DNA of 12,334 nucleotides from Gemmatimonadota bacterium (GTDB taxonomy: Bacteria; Gemmatimonadota; Gemmatimonadetes; Gemmatimonadales; GWC2-71-9), in assembly GCA_039588295.1 (NCBI GenBank), contig JBDHAB010000065.1, forward strand, positions 1-12,334, read 5' to 3'. The notes below the pieces were generated by a model. It was given only the letters and a program-made list of their open reading frames with translations. It ran no database searches and was not told where the DNA came from. Below are positions 1 to 7,179 of the stretch, piece after piece; positions within the stretch are counted from its first letter, which is position 1, and every line of letters begins with the position of its first letter. A program made the position numbers and the translations under genes.

Positions 1-1
1 G

Positions 2-1009
2 TACCGCGAGCACGGAATCACCATCTTGGCCTCCATGATCGTGGGCTTCCCCTACCAGACGCCCGAGATCATCGAAGAGGAACTCTCGGGCCTCCTCGCG
101 TTGCGACCGGTGCTTGCACAGTTCTTGATTTACGGCCCTTGTCCCGGCACTCCATTCTACGACCAAGTCGTCCGGGAGGGGAAACTCCTTCCGGCGGTGG
201 CCGAGGATCCCGAATTGTTCTATCGCCGTGGGAGCGGGTTCTACGCGATGGTCAGCCACCCATCGATGACGCCCGACCAGATCGAGGCGGCCCAACAGCG
301 TTGCTTCGAGGAAGATTTCCGGAGGTTGGGACCGGTGCTGCACCGGTCGGTGGAGCGATGGCTCGAGGGATACCTCAAGCTGCGGGAGTCGCCGAGCGCG
401 TTTCTCCGTGCCAAGGCGGAGCTGATCGCGGCCGACCTCAGGAGAGCCTATCCCCTGTTCTTGGTGGGCAGGCTGTTCGGCCCGACAGCGCAGGTACGGC
501 GTTGGATTGGCGGGCTCCAACAGCGGATCCACGTGGCGTTGGGAAGTCCCACCTGGAAGGAGCGTCTCCAGTCGGTTGCGGCTGTAGGCTTGGCTCTCTG
601 GACGGGACTTACGCTCAGACTGGGCCTCTTCCAGCACCCGCCGCTGGTAAGGCATACCTTCAGGATGTCGGACGCGCGTCCCGGGCGGGCTTGGGGGCGC
701 TTGCGCCGTGAGGATCCCGCTGGGCACTCGATCCAGGTGGAGCGCCGACCCGCCTCCACGGTGTGGGTGCTCCTGGAAGGACGGCTCACGGCAGCGGCAG
801 CCGGAAGGTTCGTTGCGGATCTCCAAGCTGCCCTGGCACGCCGCAAGGATCGAGTGGTGCTGGACCTGGCCCGCCTGGCGGGCCTGGAGGACGGCGCGGT
901 GGGTGAGCTGGTAGCGGGGCTAGCAGGCCATCGCGATCGGATCCGCCTCATTCTCCCCCGCGTGGGAGAGTTCGCGGCACTGGCAGCGATCTTCCCGCTC
1001 TACCAGTAA
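2..1009 (+). CDS. Radical SAM protein (probably B12-binding/DUF4070-type), 5'-truncated by the window edge, with a C-terminal STAS-like domain
   Basis: The frame is open from base 2 (YREHGITILASMIVGFPYQTPE...FLIYGPCPGTPFYD). This matches the 'GI.v.asfIvGfP.et' and 'P.PGTply' motifs at the end of radical SAM barrels. The CxxxCxxC motif lies outside the window. The tail (LEGRLT...RVVLDLARLAGLEDG) resembles STAS. Confidence 0.8.
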   Translation, partial: YREHGITILASMIVGFPYQTPEIIEEELSGLLALRPVLAQFLIYGPCPGTPFYDQVVREGKLLPAVAEDPELFYRRGSGFYAMVSHPSMTPDQIEAAQQRCFEEDFRRLGPVLHRSVERWLEGYLKLRESPSAFLRAKAELIAADLRRAYPLFLVGRLFGPTAQVRRWIGGLQQRIHVALGSPTWKERLQSVAAVGLALWTGLTLRLGLFQHPPLVRHTFRMSDARPGRAWGRLRREDPAGHSIQVERRPASTVWVLLEGRLTAAAAGRFVADLQAALARRKDRVVLDLARLAGLEDGAVGELVAGLAGHRDRIRLILPRVGEFAALAAIFPLYQ

Positions 1010-1095
1010 GCTCCTGACGTTCTGCGGTGGCCTGTTGACTGGGAGGTTGCCACGCAGGCTCACGGCGCGCTCCCCGGGACTGCGTTCTTATCTGT

Positions 1096-1173
1096 ATGTC
1101 CGATCAACTCGGCACGTAGAAGGCTGCCCTTGCCGACCGCTACGCTCTCGAGCAGGAATTGGGTCACGGTGAT
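1096..1173 (+). pseudogene. Relic of a Hanks-type Ser/Thr protein kinase N-terminus
   Basis: Manual translation gives MSDQLGT*KAALADRYALEQELGHGD, with TAG at 1117-1119. It resembles the 'M.D.L.RLKAALADRY.IERELG.GGMATVY' start common in Gemmatimonadota kinases. Similarity stops within the glycine-rich loop. Confidence 0.7.
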
Positions 1174-1222
1174 GAAGCGCCCGCCAGCAGCAATCCGAAG
1201 ACCAAACAGTCGCATTAAGAGG

Positions 1223-1250
1223 TTGCACGCTCACGCTCGCATGACATATT
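1223..1250 (+). promoter_or_regulatory. Possible sigma70-type promoter for the ester cyclase gene
   Basis: TTGCAC (1223-1228), 16-bp spacer, then CATATT (1245-1250) preceded by TG-n (extended -10-like). This is a motif match only. Confidence 0.25.
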
Positions 1251-1482
1251 GGCGAGAACAGTCTTCCCGTCGGTGGCCCAGCCGGTCCCCGCCGCCGCAG
1301 TACGACGCCGTGCCGCGCGCGTGTTGCTGAGAAAGAAATGACTGTTCCCCGCGCGACCATTGGCGACCGTTCAGTTTCCGCTTGCGAGACCATGGAGTGC
1401 CCGTGCAGCTTAGCTGCGAACCGTGAGGTGGACGCCGTCTCGGCGCTCTACTGGCGGCAGGAATGCTTGTCTGGAGGACACC

Positions 1483-1995
1483 ATGAGCCGAACCACTCGA
1501 GTGCTCGCATTTGCCCTTGCGGTTGTCTTCGTCGGCTGTGCGCCGTCTACCCAGCAGCAGCTTGAGGCGCACAAGGCGGTCGTGCAGCGATTCGCTGAAG
1601 TCCTCAATTCGGCTGATTTTGACGCCCTCGATGAGCTGGTGACTGAGGATTTTCGTCGGCACAGCCAGGCCACCGGCGAGATGCAAGTGAACTCACGTGA
1701 GGAGTTCAAGCAGTTGCAGCGATCATTTCTGACGAGTATGCCCGACCAGCGTGTGACGATCGAGATGTTGATTGCCGAAGGAGACAAGGTTGCGGCCTTG
1801 GCGACGTATGCAGGCACGCAGACAGGACCAATGGGCGAGTTTCCCATCACAGGAAACGCAGCGGAGAGCAAGTTCCTCAGCATCTTCCGTCTCGAGAACG
1901 GGAGGATTGCCGAGCTGTGGGTCGAGTGGGATAACCTGGCGATGCTGAGTCAGCTCGGCCTCTTTCCCCCGCCGTGTACAGCGGCTGAGGGATGA
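1483..1995 (+). CDS. SnoaL-like ester cyclase / NTF2-fold lipoprotein (170 aa)
   Basis: GGAGGA RBS at 1473-1478 and ATG at 1483. Signal peptide with lipobox FVG-C. Family motifs: KAVVQRF, DFDALDELV, MPDQRVTIEMLIAEGDKV, GTQTGPMGEFPITG, IFRLENGRIAELW..WDNLAMLSQLG. Confidence 0.9.
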   Translation: MSRTTRVLAFALAVVFVGCAPSTQQQLEAHKAVVQRFAEVLNSADFDALDELVTEDFRRHSQATGEMQVNSREEFKQLQRSFLTSMPDQRVTIEMLIAEGDKVAALATYAGTQTGPMGEFPITGNAAESKFLSIFRLENGRIAELWVEWDNLAMLSQLGLFPPPCTAAEG

Positions 1996-2045
1996 CCGCG
2001 ACGGGAAGACATGAGAGAAGGGTGGAGGATGAGATTTATGGGGTG

Positions 2046-2082
2046 GAAAGCCCCGCAGTGAATAATGCACTGCGGGGCTTTC
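2046..2082. terminator. Intrinsic terminator-like hairpin, probably bidirectional and probably the native tRNA terminator
   Basis: Perfect 15-bp inverted repeat GAAAGCCCCGCAGTG-(aataatg)-CACTGCGGGGCTTTC. It lies between convergent units, 8 nt downstream of the tRNA 3' fragment. Confidence 0.85.
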
Positions 2083-2090
2083 ACGTACCA

Positions 2091-2137
2091 TGCGCCTGGC
2101 GCGATTCGAACGCGCGACCTTTGGCTCCGGAGGCTAA
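2091..2137 (-). tRNA. 3' half of tRNA-Arg(CCG): non-functional fragment and putative att core
   Basis: The minus strand reads TTAGC-CTCCGGA-GCCAA-AGGTC-GCGCG-TTCGAAT-CGCGC-CAGGCGC-A. That is an anticodon loop (CCG), a 5-nt variable loop, a perfect T-arm, the acceptor 3' strand and a discriminator. No D-arm or complementary GCGCCTG 5' acceptor strand occurs upstream. Confidence 0.9.
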
Positions 2138-2147
2138 TCGCGGACGC

Positions 2148-2221
2148 TCATACGCGATCATACGCGTTCATTTGCCCCGTCTTCCTGCCATTTGACGATC
2201 ATGAGCGATCACCAGCGATCA
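2148..2221. repeat. 10-bp-period short repeats, candidate excisionase/architectural protein sites
   Basis: TCATACGCGA TCATACGCGT TCA (2148-2170), and CGATCA at 2155, 2196, 2206 and 2216. Confidence 0.65.
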
Positions 2222-2228
2222 TAGATGT

Positions 2229-2249
2229 TGTGACAGTTTCTGTTACAGT
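2229..2249. repeat. Direct repeat pair, candidate integrase arm-type binding sites
   Basis: TGTGACAGT (2229-2237) and TGTTACAGT (2241-2249): 8/9 identical, 12-bp period, about 100 bp from the anticodon loop. Confidence 0.6.
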
Positions 2250-2289
2250 CTGGGTGCTGCGGGAAGCACGCCAGCGAGCGTCCGTACAT

Positions 2290-5200
2290 TCAGAACCGTA
2301 CCTCCATCCCAACGCGCACTTGCCGCGTTGGACCCAGCATCGTCCAGCGACCGTAGAACAGCTCGTAGAGCGCGTTCAACGCGGCGGTGAACTCCTCCAC
2401 GTCGTAGACCCCATCGCCGTCGCCCCACCGGTTCTCCGCTCGCTGCAGCGCGACACAGGCAGCCGGCCCACCCGCACCAAGCCAAGCCACACAATCCCGG
2501 TCAAGGTCCACTCCATCCACCACGCGCCCATCCCTGTCCACCTGCACCCATGCGCCCGACGCAAGCGCCTCCTGTTCGATGGAGAGTAGCTCCTGATCGA
2601 GGAATAGCCGTCGGTGAACGTCATTTTGCGTCTCACCGGTCTCGGCAAAGAGTTGTTGGACATTCGCCACGCCAGAGACGTTGCGGAGATCCGCAAAAGC
2701 GCGCCATCGTATGGCGCCAATGCGGAACTGCTTCACCACACGCAGATCCAGTTCCTTGACCCACGGCAACCTCGAGGCACCGAGTGGTTCCACGAGACCG
2801 AAAGTCAGCTGTCCGTCGGGGGCCATAGCTCCCGATCCCCTATTCGCCAGCCTGGTGTACGGCCGGCCGCTGGCCAACCGGAACCGAGCAAACGCCTCGA
2901 GCCCGCGCAGCACCGACCCGTACCACTGACCTGCGCCGGCCCCCAGTGGAGTTCGGACCACCAGGAACCCAGCCACGGTGTGCGCCCGTACCTCAGTCGC
3001 TGCGGAGACGTCACCGGCATCTTGATACGAGTAGCCAACCTGACCGCCGATCCACGGCGTGCCTCGAAGTTGGGCCACAATCTCCACGCCGTAGACGGTG
3101 CCGGTGTCCGCGTTCGTCAGCACGTTGAGGTTCGATACGCGATCGGTGAACGGATCAAAGAACGGCTCGATCCGGAAGGCAAGCCCTGAATGGAGATCTC
3201 TTCTATACGCAGCCAGATCGAAGAGAACAGTGCCGCCAAGTCGCTGGCGGAAGCCAGCCTCCAGCAGCCCCGACTTCACCCAATCCACGTCGCGGCCAAA
3301 TCCTGCGCGAGAGTCTGTGTCCGCCAGGTCGCTGTTGCTGTGCGCCATGACCGCGTCCATGTCCGGCATCCTAGCCTGCCGGGTATAGGAAACGCGAACC
3401 CCGGTCGCGGATGAGATGCGATAGCCGAGGGCCAGACTGGGGAGCAGAACGTCATGCGGTTCTGCCGGTTGAAACACCAAGTCCAGACTGACAGGGTCGT
3501 TCGGGTCGAACGCCGGGTTGGTGAAGATCCGCCCGGGGACGACGGGGAATCGGGCGCCGCTGTCATACCGCTCCCAGCGCAGGCCCACCTCGAACGCTAC
3601 AGGACCGTAATCGATGCGGTCGGTCGCGAAGGCCACGAACCTCGATGGCTCCTCGACGTAGGCGCTGGCACCCGACAACCGGGTGAGCCCACCGGCGAAG
3701 TACCGCACCTCGTCCGCTTGGACTTCACCACCCACACGCACCCGGTGATAGCGTGAGGGACGCCAGTCTAGCGCCAGTTTCCCCCACCTGCGGCGCTCCC
3801 GAGCCAGCATCGTATTGTCGGGCCCGGTGAGAAGACCAGTGGTGGGGAATGTCGAAACCACCCCCCAGGGATTCACTCGCGGAGTACCCCTGGCGCCGAG
3901 ATCGAACCTGTCGTAATAGGGAACCCGGGTTCCGCGGTCGAAGATATAGTTCTCGATCAGCTGGTCCCAGTGCTCGGAACGATTCAGGCTGGCGACCGCA
4001 AACGCCCCCGTATCGGAGGAAAACTGATCGGTGTCCACCACAAAGCGCATTGGTGAGAGCACGATGCCGGCTGTGGGGCTCCGATGCGCCAGCTCCCATT
4101 CCGGTTCGAGGTTCCCGCTGGTGCGTGATTCCGTCTGGTAGGAGAGACTCGTCTCGAGTGTGAGATACTCCTCGCCGCGACGCATGAGGTCGTGCGTCCA
4201 GGTGAGCGCATACAGGTTGCCCGTGGTCCGCACGCCCTGGTACGCCTGAGGATCAAACGATAGGGTTCCCGGCCACCCCCGTCCTTGGGCCATGTCGATG
4301 AGTGTGGTGAACGAGACGTCGCCCCGCCCGTAGGTGAAGCCGAGCCTCCCGACGGCGCTGGCCACCGTGGCCACCTCGAGTGGCAATCGGCGGCCCTGAC
4401 ATGCTACGCCGAAGTTCTCCGAGGGATCGCAATCACCATTGAACTGAGCGAAGCGTGGGATGTCCACGCCCGCAACAGTCGTGTCGAACCCCGCCATGAC
4501 ATAGGCCGGTACATTGTCCACACCCTCACCCCGTGGGGCGCCAAGCTGGCCCTGAAGCGTTCCGCCCACGAAGAAGCGAAGGTGCCCGCCCGCCGGACCG
4601 CCCACGGAGCCGTCGAAGCGGTTGAAGGCCACGCTGAGTCCGCCACCAAACGGCTCGTCCGTCGAGTAGCGCAGATTGGCCTGCAGCTCGTCCCCGCCTG
4701 CCCGCGTCACTAGGTTCACCAGCCCTCCGTGAGTATCGCCGAACTCCGTACCCGCTCCCGGCACGACAGAGACCTCGGCGAGCATCGGCAGCCCGACATG
4801 GAGCGGGAACCCTCCGGTGCGTGTGCTCCGCACAGGGACGTTGTTCACCAGCACCACCCCTTCGCCTGCGTGCGTGCCCCTAATCGAGGGACCGAGCAGC
4901 GCTCCAGCTTCCGCAACGCCAGGCATGACGGCCAACACGTCTCGCACGAACTCCGCCGGTAGCTCAGAGACCACCGCCCCCGTCAGCGCGTATCTTTGAG
5001 CCGGAGCCGCAACGTCTACCGTCGGCCCAGCAGAGCGAGCACTGGGCGGGTCCTCCGGCCTTCCCTCATCGAGCGTGACATGCAACCAGTGAACAGTGCC
5101 GCCGACGATCTGGATATCTCGGTACTCTGCAGGACGGTGGTCGGCAGATTCGAAGCGCACCGTATACGTCCCGGCGGGTATGCGGTCGAGCACAAACCCG

Positions 5201-5385
5201 CCGAATCGTCCGGTGAGCGTGGAGCGTGCGGAACCGACTACGGTGATCCGCACGTTCACGAGCGGCGTCGACCCGGCGTCTGTGACGCGCCCACGAATGT
5301 GGCCCTGCACGCCCTGCGCGCTCAGCGTGGTAGCGAGTACGAGACCGAGAGTGAAGGTGGTCGAGGCCCGGAGGTACAGACGCAT
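2290..5385 (-). CDS. TonB-dependent outer-membrane receptor with N-terminal carboxypeptidase-regulatory-like domain (1031 aa)
   Basis: GGAG RBS at 5391-5394 and ATG at 5385. Sec signal ending LSA-Q. GHIRGRVTDAGSTPLVNVRITV...IPAGTYTVRF fits the CarboxypepD_reg-like domain. Plug motifs are ELPAEFVRDVLAVMPGV, SIRG and EFGDTHGGLVNLVTRAG. Barrel motifs are GLRWERYD, PSLALGYRIS and DLRVVKQF. The C-terminus RQVRVGMEVRF ends in Phe. Confidence 0.93.
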   Translation of the reverse strand: MRLYLRASTTFTLGLVLATTLSAQGVQGHIRGRVTDAGSTPLVNVRITVVGSARSTLTGRFGGFVLDRIPAGTYTVRFESADHRPAEYRDIQIVGGTVHWLHVTLDEGRPEDPPSARSAGPTVDVAAPAQRYALTGAVVSELPAEFVRDVLAVMPGVAEAGALLGPSIRGTHAGEGVVLVNNVPVRSTRTGGFPLHVGLPMLAEVSVVPGAGTEFGDTHGGLVNLVTRAGGDELQANLRYSTDEPFGGGLSVAFNRFDGSVGGPAGGHLRFFVGGTLQGQLGAPRGEGVDNVPAYVMAGFDTTVAGVDIPRFAQFNGDCDPSENFGVACQGRRLPLEVATVASAVGRLGFTYGRGDVSFTTLIDMAQGRGWPGTLSFDPQAYQGVRTTGNLYALTWTHDLMRRGEEYLTLETSLSYQTESRTSGNLEPEWELAHRSPTAGIVLSPMRFVVDTDQFSSDTGAFAVASLNRSEHWDQLIENYIFDRGTRVPYYDRFDLGARGTPRVNPWGVVSTFPTTGLLTGPDNTMLARERRRWGKLALDWRPSRYHRVRVGGEVQADEVRYFAGGLTRLSGASAYVEEPSRFVAFATDRIDYGPVAFEVGLRWERYDSGARFPVVPGRIFTNPAFDPNDPVSLDLVFQPAEPHDVLLPSLALGYRISSATGVRVSYTRQARMPDMDAVMAHSNSDLADTDSRAGFGRDVDWVKSGLLEAGFRQRLGGTVLFDLAAYRRDLHSGLAFRIEPFFDPFTDRVSNLNVLTNADTGTVYGVEIVAQLRGTPWIGGQVGYSYQDAGDVSAATEVRAHTVAGFLVVRTPLGAGAGQWYGSVLRGLEAFARFRLASGRPYTRLANRGSGAMAPDGQLTFGLVEPLGASRLPWVKELDLRVVKQFRIGAIRWRAFADLRNVSGVANVQQLFAETGETQNDVHRRLFLDQELLSIEQEALASGAWVQVDRDGRVVDGVDLDRDCVAWLGAGGPAACVALQRAENRWGDGDGVYDVEEFTAALNALYELFYGRWTMLGPTRQVRVGMEVRF

Positions 5386-5514
5386 GGACGCTCCAACGGT
5401 TGTGCAGCACTGTCGGCAGTCACGAGATGAACCGCTGACTAGACGGCGAGCATGGTGAACCGTTGGCGAGGGAGGATGAAGCGTTCGTGAAGTGTGGATG
5501 AATGACAGCTGGTC

Positions 5515-5542
5515 GACGATCGCGGCTTCATGGGCGATCGTC
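5515..5542. promoter_or_regulatory. Inverted repeat upstream of the TonB-dependent receptor (operator or RNA hairpin)
   Basis: GACGATCGC-N10-GCGATCGTC, a perfect 9-bp stem, overlapping a minus-strand TTGACG (5544-5539) and the stop codon of the upstream relic. Confidence 0.4.
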
Positions 5543-5630
5543 AATTCGCCATCTTGATGGCCGCAAGCTTCGCAACAATGCGCAGATCCTTCTTGTTCCT
5601 GACTTCGACACGCACGCCTCTGCCCTTGGC
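5541..5630 (-). pseudogene. C-terminal relic of a DUF3788-like protein
   Basis: Manual translation gives AKGRGVRVEVRNKKDLRIVAKLAAIKMAN*, resembling from memory the 'EGRGirleV....Dl..v.kLa.iK.aN' end of DUF3788 proteins. There is an in-frame TAG at 5658-5660 and no plausible start for a full-length gene. Confidence 0.55.
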
Positions 5631-5854
5631 CGTCCCGATGTCAATCGTTGCTGTGGTCTAACCGTTCGCGTTGCTGCACGCTTCGCCTGCATCTCGGTTC
5701 CGATCACGGAGGCTCCAGCCACCGCAACTGTCCCAATTCGGGCACCTGCTGCCTCAAGAGCGGCCTAGGCGGTAGGTCGGCGCGCCTCGATATTGGCAAG
5801 CTACTTTGAGTTCGTGAGCGCGCGGCAGCATCAGGCGCGTGTCGGGGCATCGCC

Positions 5855-7075
5855 TTAGTCCGGCTTGTGCAACCGGTGGAGTCGCACGTGTTCGACATCC
5901 AGCTCATCTCGCCAGACGCCCAGCAAGTAATCGTGGCCTATGTCCGTGATACGTAGGCCAGGCGGGGTAGCAACGAGGCCGAGCATGTGTCCACCGGGCG
6001 CGAAGACCGTCCAGCGTGGCCGAGCATCCGCTGGTCGGCGGGTCTCCTCAACCCACAGGTTGCCACTGGCATCTGCGATCACTTGCCCGTGAGCGGGCAT
6101 CAAGTCAGGAAACGGCATAGCCGCAAACATCCGTTCGGTGAAGCGTTCCGAGTTCCGGTCTCTAGCAGCGTTGATGCGCTGACGCTTCAGTTCCTCGATG
6201 TCTTGATTAGTCACAGCGAGCCGGGTATGGGCCTTCCGAGCTAAGCGCTGAAGCCGACCGTTAACGGTGTATTGGGCGAGTTCGTACACATCACCCGACC
6301 CGTACCAAAGCTGGTCACCCGCCACCGCTGCATGTGCGATGCGCCCGAATGCGAGAACGGTGACCGACGCGCTCCGGTCATCTGCCCGTACGTACATTTC
6401 GGTGCCAGGGAACTGCCCGATAGTGTCGATCACGGCACCATGAGCGTCCGCGTGCAGATACCATACCGAGTCCCGGTACACACCGCTCGGCATTCCGGGT
6501 AGGGCTGGCCGAGCGGGCGCAGCCCGCGCCACGAACTCGCCGCCTGGCAACCATCCAATCGGGTACATGAAGCCGCTTCCGCCCCGTCCGAACTGGAAGG
6601 AGCGTGCGAACGCACCGTTGGTGTCGAAGATGGATACCCTGCGAAGCCGGTTGTCGAACACCGCAAGGGAGTCACCATCGAGCAGATCGAGCGCGCCGAG
6701 CCCTCGAAACTCGCCAGGACCCTCGCCCTGCCGGCCGATGGAGCGGACGAACCGGCCAGCAACGTCATAGAGACGCAGTTCAAGTGTCCCGCCGTTCGCA
6801 ACCACCATGCGACCGTCCGGGAGTCGCGCGGCGCTGCGCACGCGAAAGAACTGATACTGCGGACCGCCGTCAAGAACGCCGATAGCGAGCGCAGGTTCGC
6901 TGTCCACCTGCCAGGATTCACCGTCGCTCCATGCCGGCATCGCATTCTCAACGATCAGTACGCCCGCGCTATCGCGAACGACAATGCTCGATTGCTCGGC
7001 ACCCGGAGTGCAGGCGGCAGCGGCGAACGTGAGCACTGCAATGGTGCTTCTGATCGCGCCGGTCCGCATCAACAT
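5855..7075 (-). CDS. 6-bladed beta-propeller (NHL-like/DUF5128-like) lipoprotein, paralogue 5 (406 aa)
   Basis: AGGAGG RBS at 7083-7088 and ATG at 7075. Lipobox AAA-C. Motifs VRDSAGVLIVEN, IGRQGEGPGEF, DASGNLWV, WTVFAPGGHMLG and DELDVEHV. Confidence 0.88.
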   Translation of the reverse strand: MLMRTGAIRSTIAVLTFAAAACTPGAEQSSIVVRDSAGVLIVENAMPAWSDGESWQVDSEPALAIGVLDGGPQYQFFRVRSAARLPDGRMVVANGGTLELRLYDVAGRFVRSIGRQGEGPGEFRGLGALDLLDGDSLAVFDNRLRRVSIFDTNGAFARSFQFGRGGSGFMYPIGWLPGGEFVARAAPARPALPGMPSGVYRDSVWYLHADAHGAVIDTIGQFPGTEMYVRADDRSASVTVLAFGRIAHAAVAGDQLWYGSGDVYELAQYTVNGRLQRLARKAHTRLAVTNQDIEELKRQRINAARDRNSERFTERMFAAMPFPDLMPAHGQVIADASGNLWVEETRRPADARPRWTVFAPGGHMLGLVATPPGLRITDIGHDYLLGVWRDELDVEHVRLHRLHKPD

Positions 7076-7179
7076 ACGGGAACCTCCTGAGGGCTGGTTA
7101 GCGATTCGCGCCTCAGCTGCGCGCGTGACGCCCGCGGTACACAACCATCATTTCCTCTGGCCGCCGGCGCCGCCAGCCA

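Noticed and set aside
1023..1057. Terminator after the radical SAM gene
   Set aside because: Only an imperfect stem (CTGCGGTGGC...GCCACGCAG) with a long loop and no U-tract.
2091..2166. Complete functional tRNA-Arg gene
   Set aside because: The sequence 5' of the anticodon stem (minus strand) has no D-arm and no GCGCCTG to pair with the acceptor 3' strand.
2148..2249. CRISPR array or replication iterons
   Set aside because: The repeats are only 6-10 bp with no spacers, and no cas or rep gene is present. An att-arm reading fits better.
1992..2589. ORFs 1992..2195 and 2065..2589 (+)
   Set aside because: They run through the terminator, the tRNA fragment, the repeats and the antisense of the receptor gene, and have no recognisable protein features.
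5386..5544. N-terminal extensions given by the ORF track (receptor from 5544; also starts 7144, 8421, 10954 and 1423)
   Set aside because: Downstream ATGs have RBSs or stop/start overlaps and place the signal peptides at the N-terminus.
5528..5907. Small ORFs 5528..5722 and 5704..5907 as RiPP precursor or signalling peptides
   Set aside because: There is no clear RBS, leader, signal peptide or core motif. One overlaps a real gene and the other overlaps the relic in a different frame.
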